64,000 bases of DNA from Caecitellus pseudoparvulus (taxonomy: Eukaryota > Protista > Bigyra: Bicosoecida): the NCBI GenBank assembly GCA_965644315.1, contig CBFFRQ010000064.1:186001-250000 (forward strand), written 5' to 3'. The position numbers and the translations under genes are program-made. A model generated the notes under the pieces. That model saw only the letters and a list, made by a program, of their open reading frames with translations. It had not been told where the DNA came from and searched no databases. Shown here one piece after another: positions 20,221 through 32,938 of the stretch. Every line of letters starts with the position of its first letter. Position 1 is the first letter of the stretch.

Positions 20221-23200
20221 TTCCCCGCTCTCCTGTGTTTGTGGAGAGCCTCTTCGTGCACGGCCCGCCGAAGCTAAAGCTTGCGGGATTGGCTTGCCGA
20301 CCACAGCACCATGCACCTCGCTGCTGCGCTGCGCCGCTCGGCCCTCGCCCTGCTAGTTGGACTCGCTTGCAGCAGCCTTGCTGTGGGAAAATGCCAAGAC
20401 GGGGCTGACTCTGATTGTGCCCGCGAGGCAGAGACCCCGCAGCAGCTTCACATGTTTCGAGGCCTGAGCTCGGCGAAGCCATCGCACGGCCTGCCACAGG
20501 GCCGATTCAACGCCCACCCAGTGGATGCAGAGAGCAAGAGAGCCCTGCAAGATGCTTCCCAACGCCATGCCTCCAGACAGCTCACAGAGACCACTGTCGA
20601 GGAGGAGCACGAGCACGATGAGCCCCCCCCAGAGGACCAGCTGAACTTGGAGCTTCAGGCAGCGTTTCAAGCTCTGGAGGGCGCAGAGGGGTACAAGAGC
20701 CTCGCACAAAGCGTTGCCCGCCGCAGCCTGTGCAGTGCTGGGCAGTACTACCGCACCAAGAAGAAGTGGTTCAAGGTATGCACCTCGGCGGTCGGAAAGG
20801 CACAGCGAGTTGCCGGCTCAGAGGCCGTCTTCAACCTGGCCTCATGTGCCCACAATGTGCACCCACCATGGCCCCCCCTGCACAGAAAAAGAAGTCCTGC
20901 CACAACTGTGCAGCGGGCACCTACTCCACCCATGGCGGCAACAAGAACTGCTACAGCTGCAACTCCGTGCGTGCAACCGCCGCTGCCCAACCTCCGCACC
21001 AAAGCACGACGCTGAGGTGTTTAGCACGTGAAGCCAGCCCTGCACACCACTCGCTGTGCACCTGCACAGGGCCGGTATGCCTCTGGAAGTGGCAGGACCA
21101 CGTGCACCCCCTGCTCCATTGGTGCGTTACCTGGCGCCTCGCCTGCCTCGCACTCCAAGCCACCCCCAACACACTCACGCATGCAGGCTTCTACAACACG
21201 GCATCCGCCCGTTCGTCATGCACCCGGTGTCCCTCCGGCAAGACTACCACGTCTGTCGGCTCCACATCATGCACCTTGTGCCCGTACGGGACGTACACGC
21301 CCCCAGGTGGCTGGTCGTGCTCCAACTGCCCCTCCGGCAAGTTCAGCGACACCAGGGGAGCCTCTTCTTGCAAAAACTGTTTGGCTGGCAAGTACGCTCC
21401 TTCTCCTGCCCATGGACCTTCCTGTCTGAACTGCCCCCTTGGCCGCGCCCAGTCTGGGACCGGCGCCACGGGATGCCCGGCCTGCCCCTCGGGCCTCGTG
21501 GCCAAGACGACAGGCAGCGCCGCTTGCGTGACGTGCCAGGACAACTACTACGGCGCAAGTGACGGTGTCACGTGTGTGGCGTGCCCTGCCGGCAAGTACC
21601 GCGAGGGTGGCATCGCCCACTGCATCTGGTGCCCACCTGGCTACTACTGCCCTGGCGGAGGCCAGGCACGGCGAGCCTGCCGCCGGGCTTCCCACCACTG
21701 CCCAGGGTACATCCAGTACGTGCACACTCCCAGCAGCGAGCGGCTGACACAGCCAGGCTTCCAGTCTCTCGCGGATCAGAGTGGAAACTACATCGGTGAG
21801 CAGCCTTGCCCCACGGGCCACTTCTGCTGCTCGGGCACCGCCACTGCCTGTCCAGATGGCTACTACCAGCCGTCAACTGGCGGGCGCAAGTGCTTGCTCA
21901 ACTACGGCACTGCTGCAAACAACTGTGTGGAAAGCTGCCAATGTGTGGAGAAGGTGTCCGGCGCGTGCCGCATGCGCCCTGGCAAGTGCCGTGCCCGCAT
22001 TGATGAGACCGGGCAGTACCTGTGTGCCAATGACGGCCAGACGTACAAGACCATCTACCCGGCGACTGTGGACCCAAACAATGGCTGCAAGCGGTGTGTC
22101 GGCGCCAACACCAACACCATGCTCTGTCAGAACACCAATGGGAACTATGCCAGTGCCGCCTCGGCGTTCTGCGACTCCAACACCGCAGCTGGCCAAGCTA
22201 TGGTCAATCTCACCCCACGGTCTTTGAGCAGCGGAGAGGATGCCCCTGTCCCCATCGCGCCTGACGTCGTGCCATGGTATGCTGAGGAAGCAGCTGCACA
22301 GGATGAGGTGGCATCGGTCACCTCGCAGCAGCCCCGCCAACTGCAGCAAAGGACTGCCTACGGCACTGTGTGGTCGTCCGTGCCCGCCTCCTCAAATCTG
22401 CAATGCGATGATTTGGACCTGGACACGAAGGATGACATGTGTGTACCGCCCACGGCTGGCACTGACACCATCTGTGCCGGGCAGCCCCTGAACTGCAGCC
22501 CACAGTGCCAAGTCGGGGATGGCTCTCAGTGCGTGGCCAAGAGTGGCTGGTCCCACCACCCCAGCACCGGCTGTGGGTGCAAGATTGGCGGCGCGGATGT
22601 CCAGCAAGGTCAACTGGACCCTGCCAACACCTGCAAGGTGTGTGACATCGTCCGCTCCCACCTCGCCTACAGCTCCGAGCCTGACAACAAAGTCTGCAGC
22701 GACAACCAGTGGTGTCAGTATGACGACGCGTGTGTGTCCGGCACATGCCAAGGCAAGCCATACTTGTGCTCCCTGCACATGACACCTGGCGCCAGTGCCT
22801 CTTGCGAGATGTGGGACGAGGCTGCGGCGCCGTTGAACGTGGACTCCCTCGGCAATGTGCGTGGAGGCAGCCCCTCGTACGCGGACATGGTCAGCACGCC
22901 AGAGCTGCAGTGCAACGGCGCTGGCCCCAACTCCAACAACCAGGGCTGCAACAAGAAGAACCGCCCCGCAGGCTTTGAGTGCCGCCCTGCCAGGGATGCC
23001 TGCACTGCGGCTGTGGGCTGCCCGGGAAGTGCTGGCACGTGCCCACCCTATGCCCCCACCACGCCCACCATCACCCAGGGCTCACTAGGCTTCGATACGT
23101 CAAGCACCCATGTGCATGTGTCCAGCATCACTGGGGAGGCGTACATCACGAGCACCTCTGCTACCCTTCCCCTGACTTCCTCAGGGTGGAGCACTGCATG

Positions 23201-26200
23201 TGGGGACACCTGGTACGCCACCGGCGTGTACGACAACGCAGGCTCTTTCAATGTGCAGTGCACACCCAGCAACGTGGGCAGCATGACTGCCTTTTTCCAG
23301 GCTGGGGCTCTGCCAGGCACTCTGACCACGGACCCTGCAGCCCGCCTGCCAGCCAGTGCCACCTATGCTGATGGAGCTGTCGTTGTGGCGGTGCTGGCAG
23401 TGCACGGCATGGATGTGCCGGAGATCCCAGGGCCGCCACCACAGACTCAAGCGTGCTCCCCCGCCATCATGCTGGACTCCACACCTCCCGATGCTTCCTT
23501 GGCTACCGTGACAGCAGCAGCGGTGGACAGTGGCATCCTCGCGCAGGCAGCCGGCAACCCCAACTACGTCTACTCCTGTGCGGGGCCCACCTGCATGGGC
23601 TCAGCCACGTGCCAGGCGCACGTGGCGGCCCAGGTTGGAGGCTTTGTGGACCCTCACTCCATGGTCATGCAATATGAGATGCAGGCAGGTACCTCTGCGG
23701 GCGCCTCCGACATCCACGCCCCTGTCACCTCCCTTGCCACAGACGGCTCCTTCCTTGTGCACGAGCCACCTGCAGCTGCCCTGCCAGATGGCACCACAGT
23801 ACACATTTCCGTTCGTGCCCACAACGATGCAGGCTTGGCTTCCCCGTGGAAGCACGCTGCGAGCTGGGTGAAGGACTGTGCCAGCCCCACCATCGGGACA
23901 GGCACCGTCAAGCTGGTGCAGGACTCGCTTGCTCCTCAAGCCAATGCTGCAAACTGGGCGGCCCTCGCCGCTGCGCCAGAAGTGCACGCTCAAACCAGCG
24001 TCAGCGCCCTTGTTGCGTACTGGGGCCCCATCACAGACGCCCACACATCCATCGCATCCGTGCACGTCGCTGTCGGCACGCCCACTTCTCCCACGGCGGT
24101 GCAGGACTACACCGCACTGGCAGATCCGTCGGCACAAGGTGTCGCCCTGACCGGCTTCACGCTGGCGAATGGAGTGCAGTATGTCGTGACGGTCATGGCC
24201 CGGGATGCGGCTGGCAACGTGGTGTCAGAGACGTCTTCCCCCATCACCATTGACACGACGCCACCGCTGGCTGGGACTGCCCTGGACATCGCGCCTTTTG
24301 TGTGGAGCAAGCCGGCATTTGCGCCACCTGCCGCCCACAACTGGGTGGCCGCTGATGACTCGGACTTCTCTGCCTCCACGTCAGAGATGGCTGTCGCGTG
24401 TGCTGGCTTCAGCGAGCCACAATCCTCCCTCATGCACTACTACGTTGGCATCGGCACAGGCACAGCAGGTGCAGCCCGGCACGATGTGCTGGACTGGGTG
24501 CACCTGACCTCCTCCGGGGCTGTGACTGCGACGACCTTCGCAGCTCTGCAGGCTGGCTTGACGCTGACACACGGCACGCAGTACTTCATCACATGCCGTG
24601 TGGAGAACATGCTGGGCCTCGCCTCCTACGCCAGCTCAGATGGCTTCACAGTGGACACAGCGCCCCCTGCCGTCAGCGCGGTGCGCGAGACGGACGCACT
24701 GGACTTGAGCACAGACCTGGCATTCACAGCGTCACTCACGGAGCTCAACGTTGCGTGGGATGTGGTGCCATCACTGTCTGGCATCGCTGCTCACCACTTC
24801 CGCATCACGCCTGCCCCCCTCGCGGCGCCGGGTGGCTCAGACCTGTCCCAGTGGACGCCTGTGTCTGTGGCCAATGCCCAGTACCAGCATGCCACCGGCC
24901 TCACTCTGGCTGACAACACGCTGTACACGTGGGAGGTCCGCGCCACTGCGCACAACGGGCTCACAGCCACGGCGTCGTCCACTGGCATCACGACGGACTC
25001 CACCCCTTGTGATGGACTCAAGCCTGGTGACCTGTCAAGCTTTGCGCTGTTGGATGGCGCCGTGGCTGGGCAAGACGCCTCCCACGTCTCCAGTGCAGAC
25101 ACTGCGTTCCACATCACATGGAACACGCCAGTGCAAGATGCCACCTCTGGCTGCACAGTGACCTGGTCCATTGCGCTGGCTTCCGACCCCAACAACATCA
25201 AGTACTCCACAACCGTGGATGGCACTTCCCTGGCAGCCTCTGTGCCTACAAGCACCTGGCAACCCCAGTACCACGTGCAGTACGTCAACATTCTGCAAGC
25301 GGTGAACGGTGCTGGTGTGCCAGCTGGCCCCGCTCAGTCCAATGGCGTGGTTGTGACGGACATGCGCCCACAGATCAGCGCCATTGCGGATGTGGGCATG
25401 CTCCTGGACAACTTCGGCCTGCTGCAGACGGCAGTGGCGAAGGGGGTGGAGACACTCCCCACTGGCACCTTGTCGCAGGATGTGTCCATTGTGTCCACCA
25501 TTGACGCAGATGCTCAGCCCAATGTCACCCACCTTGCCGTGGCGTGGGCTGGCATCGTGGACACAGAGTCCGGACTGGACACCTTGGAAGTCTCCATGCT
25601 TGTGCGGGCAACACCCAAGTACATCGCTGTGGGGAAGCCGGACGTCTCGGCATACTCCACGCTAACGCCGTGGTCGCACGTCGCGTCTGTGGCCAGTGGA
25701 GACACACAAGCTGACATGCTGAGCGGGTTGCTGCGCCTGGATCCCGTCAACATCACACTGCCAGATGCTCACGTCGTCGTTGCCCTGCGCGCCACGAATC
25801 GTGTCGGGCACAGCTCTCTGTTCTACACGGACGGCATCTCCGTCTCCAGCTCCATCTTCTTCGCGCCAGACGCCAAGGTCATCGCGGTGGACAACACGAC
25901 TTTCGCGGACCAGCTGTACACGACATCCAACGAGTCAGTGTCTGCTGCTTGGCATGGCTTCCCGTACAACGTCCACTTCCCCATCACTCACTTTGAGTGG
26001 TTCTTGGGCACCACTGCCAAGGCCTGGGACATCCTGCCGCCCCAAGATGTGGGCATGGCCATGTCTGGCACAGCTACAGGGCTCGCCTTGCCTCATGGCT
26101 CGTCGTTCTTCGTCACTACCAGCGCGCACCGAGGCGGCGGCCAGTCAGTGAACATCTCCTCCACGGAAGTCGTGGTGGACTTGACACCCTGTGAGGTCAG

Positions 26201-29200
26201 CGTGCAGTCAGTAGCTGTCCTGTCTTCGAACAGCATCCAGGTGGACTTCAAGGCTGCTGACCTGGAGAGTGGCGTCCTCGCTACCTACGTCGCACTCGGA
26301 ACGACACCTGGTGGCACACAGCTCTTGCCCTTCACGCAGGCCTCTGGCTTTGCTGAGCGCTCCAGTTTGGCTAGTGCGAGCCCGGTGCGCTTTGCAGGGA
26401 CACCCCTGGCGTTCGATTACCCTGATGGTGCGCCTGTGCATGTCACAGTGCAGTGCGTGAACAATGCTGGTGCGTACAGCTCACAGCTGGATGGGGGGGC
26501 CTCAGCAGCGCTGGACGTCTCCCCGCCAGTGCCCCTGGCTGCACCCCAAGTTGTGCCAGCAGCGGCTTGCTCTGGCGGCAGCATCTCAGATGCTGCACTG
26601 CAGCACGCATCTCTGGGTGCCGGTGCAATGACCAGTGCGGTAGCTGCAGGGGGGCTCGCGTGCGCCTTCCCCAAGTGGGCTGAGCCACACTCCGCCGTCG
26701 ACTCATACACCGCCTCGCTTCTGCATGTCACGCCCACGGCAGGCGGTGGCACAAGCAGTGTCATGCTTGGGAGCTCTGTTACAGTGCCTGCTAGCTCCAT
26801 TGCGGGCGACAACGCCTGCGTGCAGCCGAGTGTGAACCTGTCCAGCATCGCTGCTCTGTCCATCCGGGGCGGCGCTCGCGTGGTGTGTGGAGTCATGGCT
26901 TCCAACACCCAAGGCGCCAACTCTGCCGTCCTCCACTCCTCGCCCGGCATTGTTGTAGACCCGTCACCCCCAACTGTGGCTGCCCTTCGCCTGGATCAGG
27001 GCAACGGCGCGAGCCCAGCAGCGGCTGGCTCCGGCATGGACCTGCTGGCGACCAGCTCGTACACGGGTGCAGCACCCGATGCTTGGATCAGTGACATCAG
27101 CCGAGGCCTGGCCATCTCGTGGGAAGCTGTGGACATGGAGAGCACCATTAAGGCCATTTCAGTGAGCATTGTGGATGCAGACTCGACCCTTGAGATTGTC
27201 CCAGGTGGGCCCATCGCCATCCATGGCCAGGGCACCGTCGCCAATGTCGGACCTGCAGACTCAGGAGCCCCCTCCTTCTGGGCAATCGACACAAGTGCTG
27301 GGTCCACGGACGCCAGCGGGGCTGCTGTTCGCGCGGCGCTCCTGGCTGGCCAGCGCATCACGGTGTCGGTTACAGTGCAGAACGGTGCTGGCGTGAACAC
27401 CACGGCCACAGGCACCACCGTCCTGGCCCACGATGCTGACGGACCTGTCCCTGGCAGCGTCACCGTGGACGCCTCTGGTGTGGCAGCCACTCTGTCAGGT
27501 GCCATGGCGCCGCTGCCTCTGGCTTGGATCGCAGTGGCAGACCTAGAGAGCTGCTGTGATGGCGTCGTGGGTGTGCCCACCTTGCTCATGGATGCAGCAG
27601 CCGGAACGTCACAAGGCGTTGTGGACAGCAGTACCGGAACGCCCCGCCTGGCGGTGGCCTTTGCCCCGGAACGTGCATGGACTGCCGTCCCGCTCACTCT
27701 CACGAACTTCACTGACGCCACCTCGGGCATCGGCAGTATCGATGTCAACGTCGTGCCCTACGGGTCACTATCCGCGGCTCTGGCCACCCAAGGCCTCCCA
27801 GCATTCTCAAGTGTGCCACCAACTACGTCAGTGCCCCCCACCACAGCCTCCGTGCAGCCATCTTTGATCACACCTGATGCAGGTGCAGCGTACAGCCTCA
27901 TGGCTACCGCTGTGAATGGTGCCGGGGTCGTCACGACAAGTGTCGGCAAGGAGGTGCTCGTCTTCGATACGACTGCCCCAGAGGCGCCGGCAGGGGTGTC
28001 CATGAGCCAGGTCGTGCTTGATGGTGTGCCAGTGTCAGGGGGAGTCTCCAGCGCAGCTGCTCCCCTGGCTGCCATGCAGGGCCTGCCCATGAACGGCCCA
28101 GACCACCCCCACTCTGCCTCGCAAGCGTCAGGGGACACCTTCGCTTGCCGATGGCACCCAATGGTGGACCCACAGTCAGGCGTCGTGCTGTACCGGGTGG
28201 CGCTGGGCACCCCAGCAGACCCTGAAGCATTCATGCCCTTCACAGCAGTGCCACGCACAGCCTCCACGAGTCATGGCTTGCTTCAGTACACTCACGTTGG
28301 CAACGGTGCATCACCTGCCTCTGTCGGAACAGGCACTGTGTTCTCCACCAGCCCTGCTGCAGCAGCAGTGCTTGTGGGCAGCTCTGGCTCCACCTCCACA
28401 CTTGAGGATGGCACGATGGGTGTTGCTGTGAGGCTGGACACTGCAGTGCCGCAGGGCGGCAAGGTTGTGTGCCATTTGCAAGCCGTCAACGGTGCCGGCC
28501 TCGTCGCCCACACTGCATCTCAAGGCGTGACGGTGGATGCCACTCCGCCCGTGCCACAGGCCGAGGCCACGACTGGGACACCCACTTCTCCCTCTGTGGA
28601 AGTGCCGCAAACAGTGGCCAGTGCTTTTGACCCCCTGCGCGTCCGGTTTGCGCTCCTGGTGGACCTGCAATCCGGCAGCCCGTCCGGGACGTACCAGGTG
28701 GCTGCCGGCACGGCACGGGGCTCTGCTGATGTCCTGGGCTGGACCCCGCTGTCCCTCCCTCGAGCTGTGCAAAGCGGGCTGGATGCCCTCGCACACTCGC
28801 CGTCTGCAGCCATCGGTCTGCCCAAGGAAGTTGTCTTGCACTTGCGGGAGGATGCCATTGTTGCACACCTGGCCCAGCAGCCGGCTACCCCGCTGCATGT
28901 AGGCATCCGCGCCGCAAACGGCGCAGGCGCCGTCACCACCGCCTGGTCCGTGGCAGGCGTCACTCGTGACACGAGCCCGCCCACTGTTGGCCAGGTGGCC
29001 TTCGTAGCAAGTCCTGGTGGCACTTCAGCGCCCAGCGGTGCAGACTGCTCTGCCTCTTTCTCGGTGCAGGGGACAGTCGTGTCGCCGTCTGAGCTGGAGG
29101 AGCCAGTGTTCGTGAGCGGCTTCCAGGCACTGCACGTGAAAGCCTGCGGCTTCACCGACGCCGAGTCCGGCATCCAGCACTACTCAGTCGCAGTGCTGTC

Positions 29201-32200
29201 CACCAGCACTGGCTTTGTGCCCAACAGCGCCAGCACGGTGCACGACCTGGTCCCCGCTGTGCAGCTGGCCAGGGGCTCAGACAGTCTGCGCGTGAGCTTG
29301 CCTCCGCCGTCCTGGGCGCCAGCTGGCAGCCGCAGCACGGCCACCACACCAACAGGCAGTGTGCAGGTGTCAGGCGTCACCTCCTCGCAGATGCACGGCA
29401 GGGCTGTGTTTGCCGTCGTGACAGCGACCTCCGCGTCTGGCGCCGCCGTGCTCGCCTCCTCCTCCCCCATCGTCGTGGATGCCCGCCCTCCCCCCGTCCG
29501 GCGTGTCTGTGTCAGCATCACCAACGCAACGTCTGCAGCCACAGCCCGCACCGACCTCAGCTCTTGTGCCGCCGATGAGGGTGCCCCTGTCCCACTTGTG
29601 GACTGTGCCTGTGGCGAGCGCCGACGAACCCTCCCTCTCATGGTCACGTGGGCTACCCTGCAAGATGACGTGTCTGGCGTTGCGACTGTGCGCGTCTCCG
29701 TCACCGCTGAGCCAGGCACGTCAAGTGCGCCTAGCACCCTGCAGCTGCTTGACGAGGAGGTGTACGATGTGCAGGCTGCTAGCGCCTTGTTCAAGGCGTC
29801 ACCCGGTGCGCTCACCAGCATCCCCCGCGCCCCCACCCTGCATCAGGTGGTGCTCTCTGGTCCAGCGCTCAGCAACCTGCTGGATGGACAGGAACTGGTG
29901 GCCACAGTGACTGTCACTGACCGAGCAGGCAACACTGCAAGTGCCTCGTCGGTGCCTCGCATCGTGGACTCCACGGCACCACATGTAGCTCCCCCTGTCT
30001 TGACCACCTTGCCAGGCATGGTGACGGCCCCCACAGCTGTCAGCTTGAATGACGCCCTGTCCATCTCCAGCACTGTCACAGAGCAGCACTGTGCCGCCGC
30101 CGCCTACGTGACATGCGCCTGTGTGTGGGATGCGACCCTGCGAGCAGTGCCCGTGACATGCGCCGATGTGGACACCAGCACTGTCGGGCGGGACAACCCC
30201 AACACCGTCACGACCGCCGCCGATGGCAGTGTCTGCGCTGTCCAGTGGCGGGACATGAGCAGTGCTGCACCAGCCAACAGCTTGGCCGTCGTGCACCGCT
30301 TCGAGGGCATCCTGGTCAGCACCCTCGTGTCTGCCCTGCCGTCAAGTGTCGCCAGCGCCAGCTCTGGGTCTCCGCTTGCGCTGGCTGTGTCTCTGAAGGC
30401 CGTGAATGCCGCTGGTCTCGACAGCACAGATCCAGCTATCGGCTCCAGCGCCCCGACTGCGCCGGCAACCGGCCCAGTCCTGCCCGTCATTCGGGGCGGC
30501 CCTGTCTTGCCCTCCGGGCAGGTGAAGGAGGTGAGCCCCGCTGATGCAGCCGCCGCTGCCACGGCCTGTGCCAGCACTCTGGATGTCGACGCTGTCCGGG
30601 GCTCTGGCCTCGCCGCTGACCTGTCCATCACCATGTGCTGGCCCCACTTCAAGCAGTCAGCCCACGCAACCACGGCGGCAGGCGTTGATGTGGTGTACGA
30701 AGTGGCCGCTGCCAGCACTGCTGGAGGTGTCCGGGGTGCTTCCTTCGTCGCTGTGCCTCCTGGCAGTACGACCTTCACGCTGTCAGGCCTGCCCGCGACG
30801 GATGGCACTGTCATGTTCACATGTGTGCGTGCGACGTCCCTCGTGAGTGGCTTGGCCACTGTGGCCTGCTCGGATGGCTTCGTCGTCGCCGCTTCGGCCC
30901 CCGCACTGCGCGAGACTATGGAAGCTGGCAGCCTGCTGCCGCCATCTGCCGTGGCGCCTGGCGCTCGTGCTGCTGCGGCGCAGCTGGCGGCAGGCGGCAA
31001 TGCCACGCGCCAGGACACAAACACCGCCTTGGGGTCCATCACCAGTGCCAGTGCTGGCTTGCTGGCAGCCTCCACCACCGCCCGGCGCGCTGCTGTCTAC
31101 GCCAACGGAGCCGAAGGTGTGTCAGCAGTCTTTGCTGGTGCGCTGCTTGGCACTGCGGGGCAGGCTTTCACCCTCTTTGCTGCGCCCGACTCGGCCTCGC
31201 CTCAGCCACAGACCCTGCCCCGCATCCTCGCTGACATCGACGGCGTGGCCACGCCACACTTCTGCTACCTCGTGGCGCGCCCCACTGGCAACTCCACCAC
31301 TCCCACCTTGCCACTGCCTGCCTCCAGCACCTTCCTCACAGGCCTGGGCGCCAGCGTGGTGCCAGCCACGGTGCTGACAGTGGACGCACAAGCTCCATCC
31401 ATGCCTGCTGTGATGCAGTGTGAGCTCACTGCCGCTTGGGCATGGGATGGATCCACCTGGACCTCTGGCCCCCTGCAGCATGGGGGGCAGTACATCGCCG
31501 CAGTCATGGCTGTCGCACCCGGCGCCAACATCACCGAGGAAGTCACCACCACCATCGCTTTCAGCACGCCAGTCATTGTCGACATGACTGCGCCAGCTGG
31601 TGTCATTGTGGAGCTGGGTGACTCGGCAGATGCCTCGGCAGGCGATGCCGCTGCAGCAGCTGTCGCAAACTTGATGCAGGCTGCCACTGGAGACTCCAGC
31701 TCAGGCACACCCACAGGAGTCGTGTCTGAGGCCGATCAAGATGCGGCTGACGCTGCTGCAGCAGCACCCCTGACCTTCCACTCAATCACGTCTGTGGACG
31801 TCGTGCCCCTGGCTGTGGTGGACCCCAACACCACCTCCCTCAAGGCCCCCACCGGCATGCTGTCCGCCACACAAGTCGGCACTGCCCTGACTGACCCCGC
31901 CATCCAGGATGGCGACCACAGCGCCGCCATGCAGCGGGCTGTGTCCCTGTACGAGCAGGTGGTGTCGGCCTCCGCACAGGGCATCACAACCCCTGCTCGC
32001 ATCGCGGCAGCCTTCGCAGCGGGCCTCGTCGCCCTGGACGCCTCCTGCCAGAGCAGCCTCAATGCCTCCCTGCCAGTGGCGTGGGATGTGCAGGATGCCG
32101 ACTCCTGCATCGAGTGGGTGGCCCTGGGCGTTGGCAGCAACCCAGCGGAGGGTGACGTGGATGACATCTCCCCCTTCGTGCCCGTGAGGCCCGAGCTACA

Positions 32201-32473
32201 GGGGGCGTCCCTGCACCTCCCTGTCCTGGCAACCCTGCCTGCCTCTGCCACGGTGTTCCCCGTGCTGTCTGTCATGAACTGCGCAGGCCACTCATCCTTC
32301 GTGGTCGGCACCGGCATCACGCTGCAGCCTGCGGCGGATGGCGCTGCTCCGGGGGATGCCCCGCTGGTGTGCGTTGGTAATGTGGGTGGGCAGCAGCAGC
32401 CGCCGACGCTGCAAGACGACTTCCGTGCACTGTCCAGTGGCGACACGATGGCCGGCTGAAGAGCCTGGCGTTG
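20221..32473 (+). repeat. Direct duplication unit 1 (~12.25 kb)
   Basis: Homology to 32939-45194 begins at TTCCCCGCTCTCC and ends at GAGCCTGGCGTTG. Confidence 0.95.
20311..32459 (+). CDS. Giant secreted Cys-rich / FN3-like repeat protein, copy 1 (~3956 aa); exons 20311-20775, 20886-20966, 21070-21121, 21187-32459
   Basis: Signal peptide MHLAAALRRSALALLVGLACSSLAVG; three in-phase GT-AG introns link it to the 11-kb ORF; C..C..G.Y/F (GCC2/GCC3-like) repeats, other Cys modules, then ~18-20 beta-sandwich repeats (D..SG...Y..GT...V.A.N.AG...VD.TPP). Confidence 0.9.
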
Positions 32474-32938
32474 GTGATCTGACCGATTGCCGCGTGAGCC
32501 GATTTGGACGCCCACCTTACCATCCAAGGTTTTCCTTCAACACGCTCAACTTGCTTTGCATCACCCTGTTTTGCTTTGCTGCTCTCTTTTTTGGGTCATC
32601 CAATCTTTCAATGCATCCGTTGAGAATTTAGGATTGCCTTGCTCGAGCTGTCCTTCTTCACTTTGCACCATGGTGGCACACGTAGAACGACCGCCAAGCC
32701 TCCGAAGAGCCCCATGGGAACCTTCAAGGACGGTGAAAATGTTGTTGGAGCTGTATCCTTATTGCGAAACAGCTTGCTGCGGCACACACTTCGCCTTCTG
32801 CGGCGGTTGCGGTGGGCAGAGGAAGGCTTCGTTCGCCAGGGCACATCAGGCCGGCCCATCCACGGTCCAGGCCCCAAATCACATATTCCACCAAACCATG
32901 GACAGTTGGGACACCCTTGAAATCTCAGGGTGTTCTAG

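Noticed and set aside
20730-21186. ORF-track N-termini of the giant proteins (MQCWAV..., also 33448)
   Set aside because: They read through intron sequence; the spliced model gives a signal peptide and continuous Cys repeats.
32474-32938. Spacer ORF 32487-33185
   Set aside because: Non-ATG start, runs out of frame into the 5' end of copy 2, low-information sequence.
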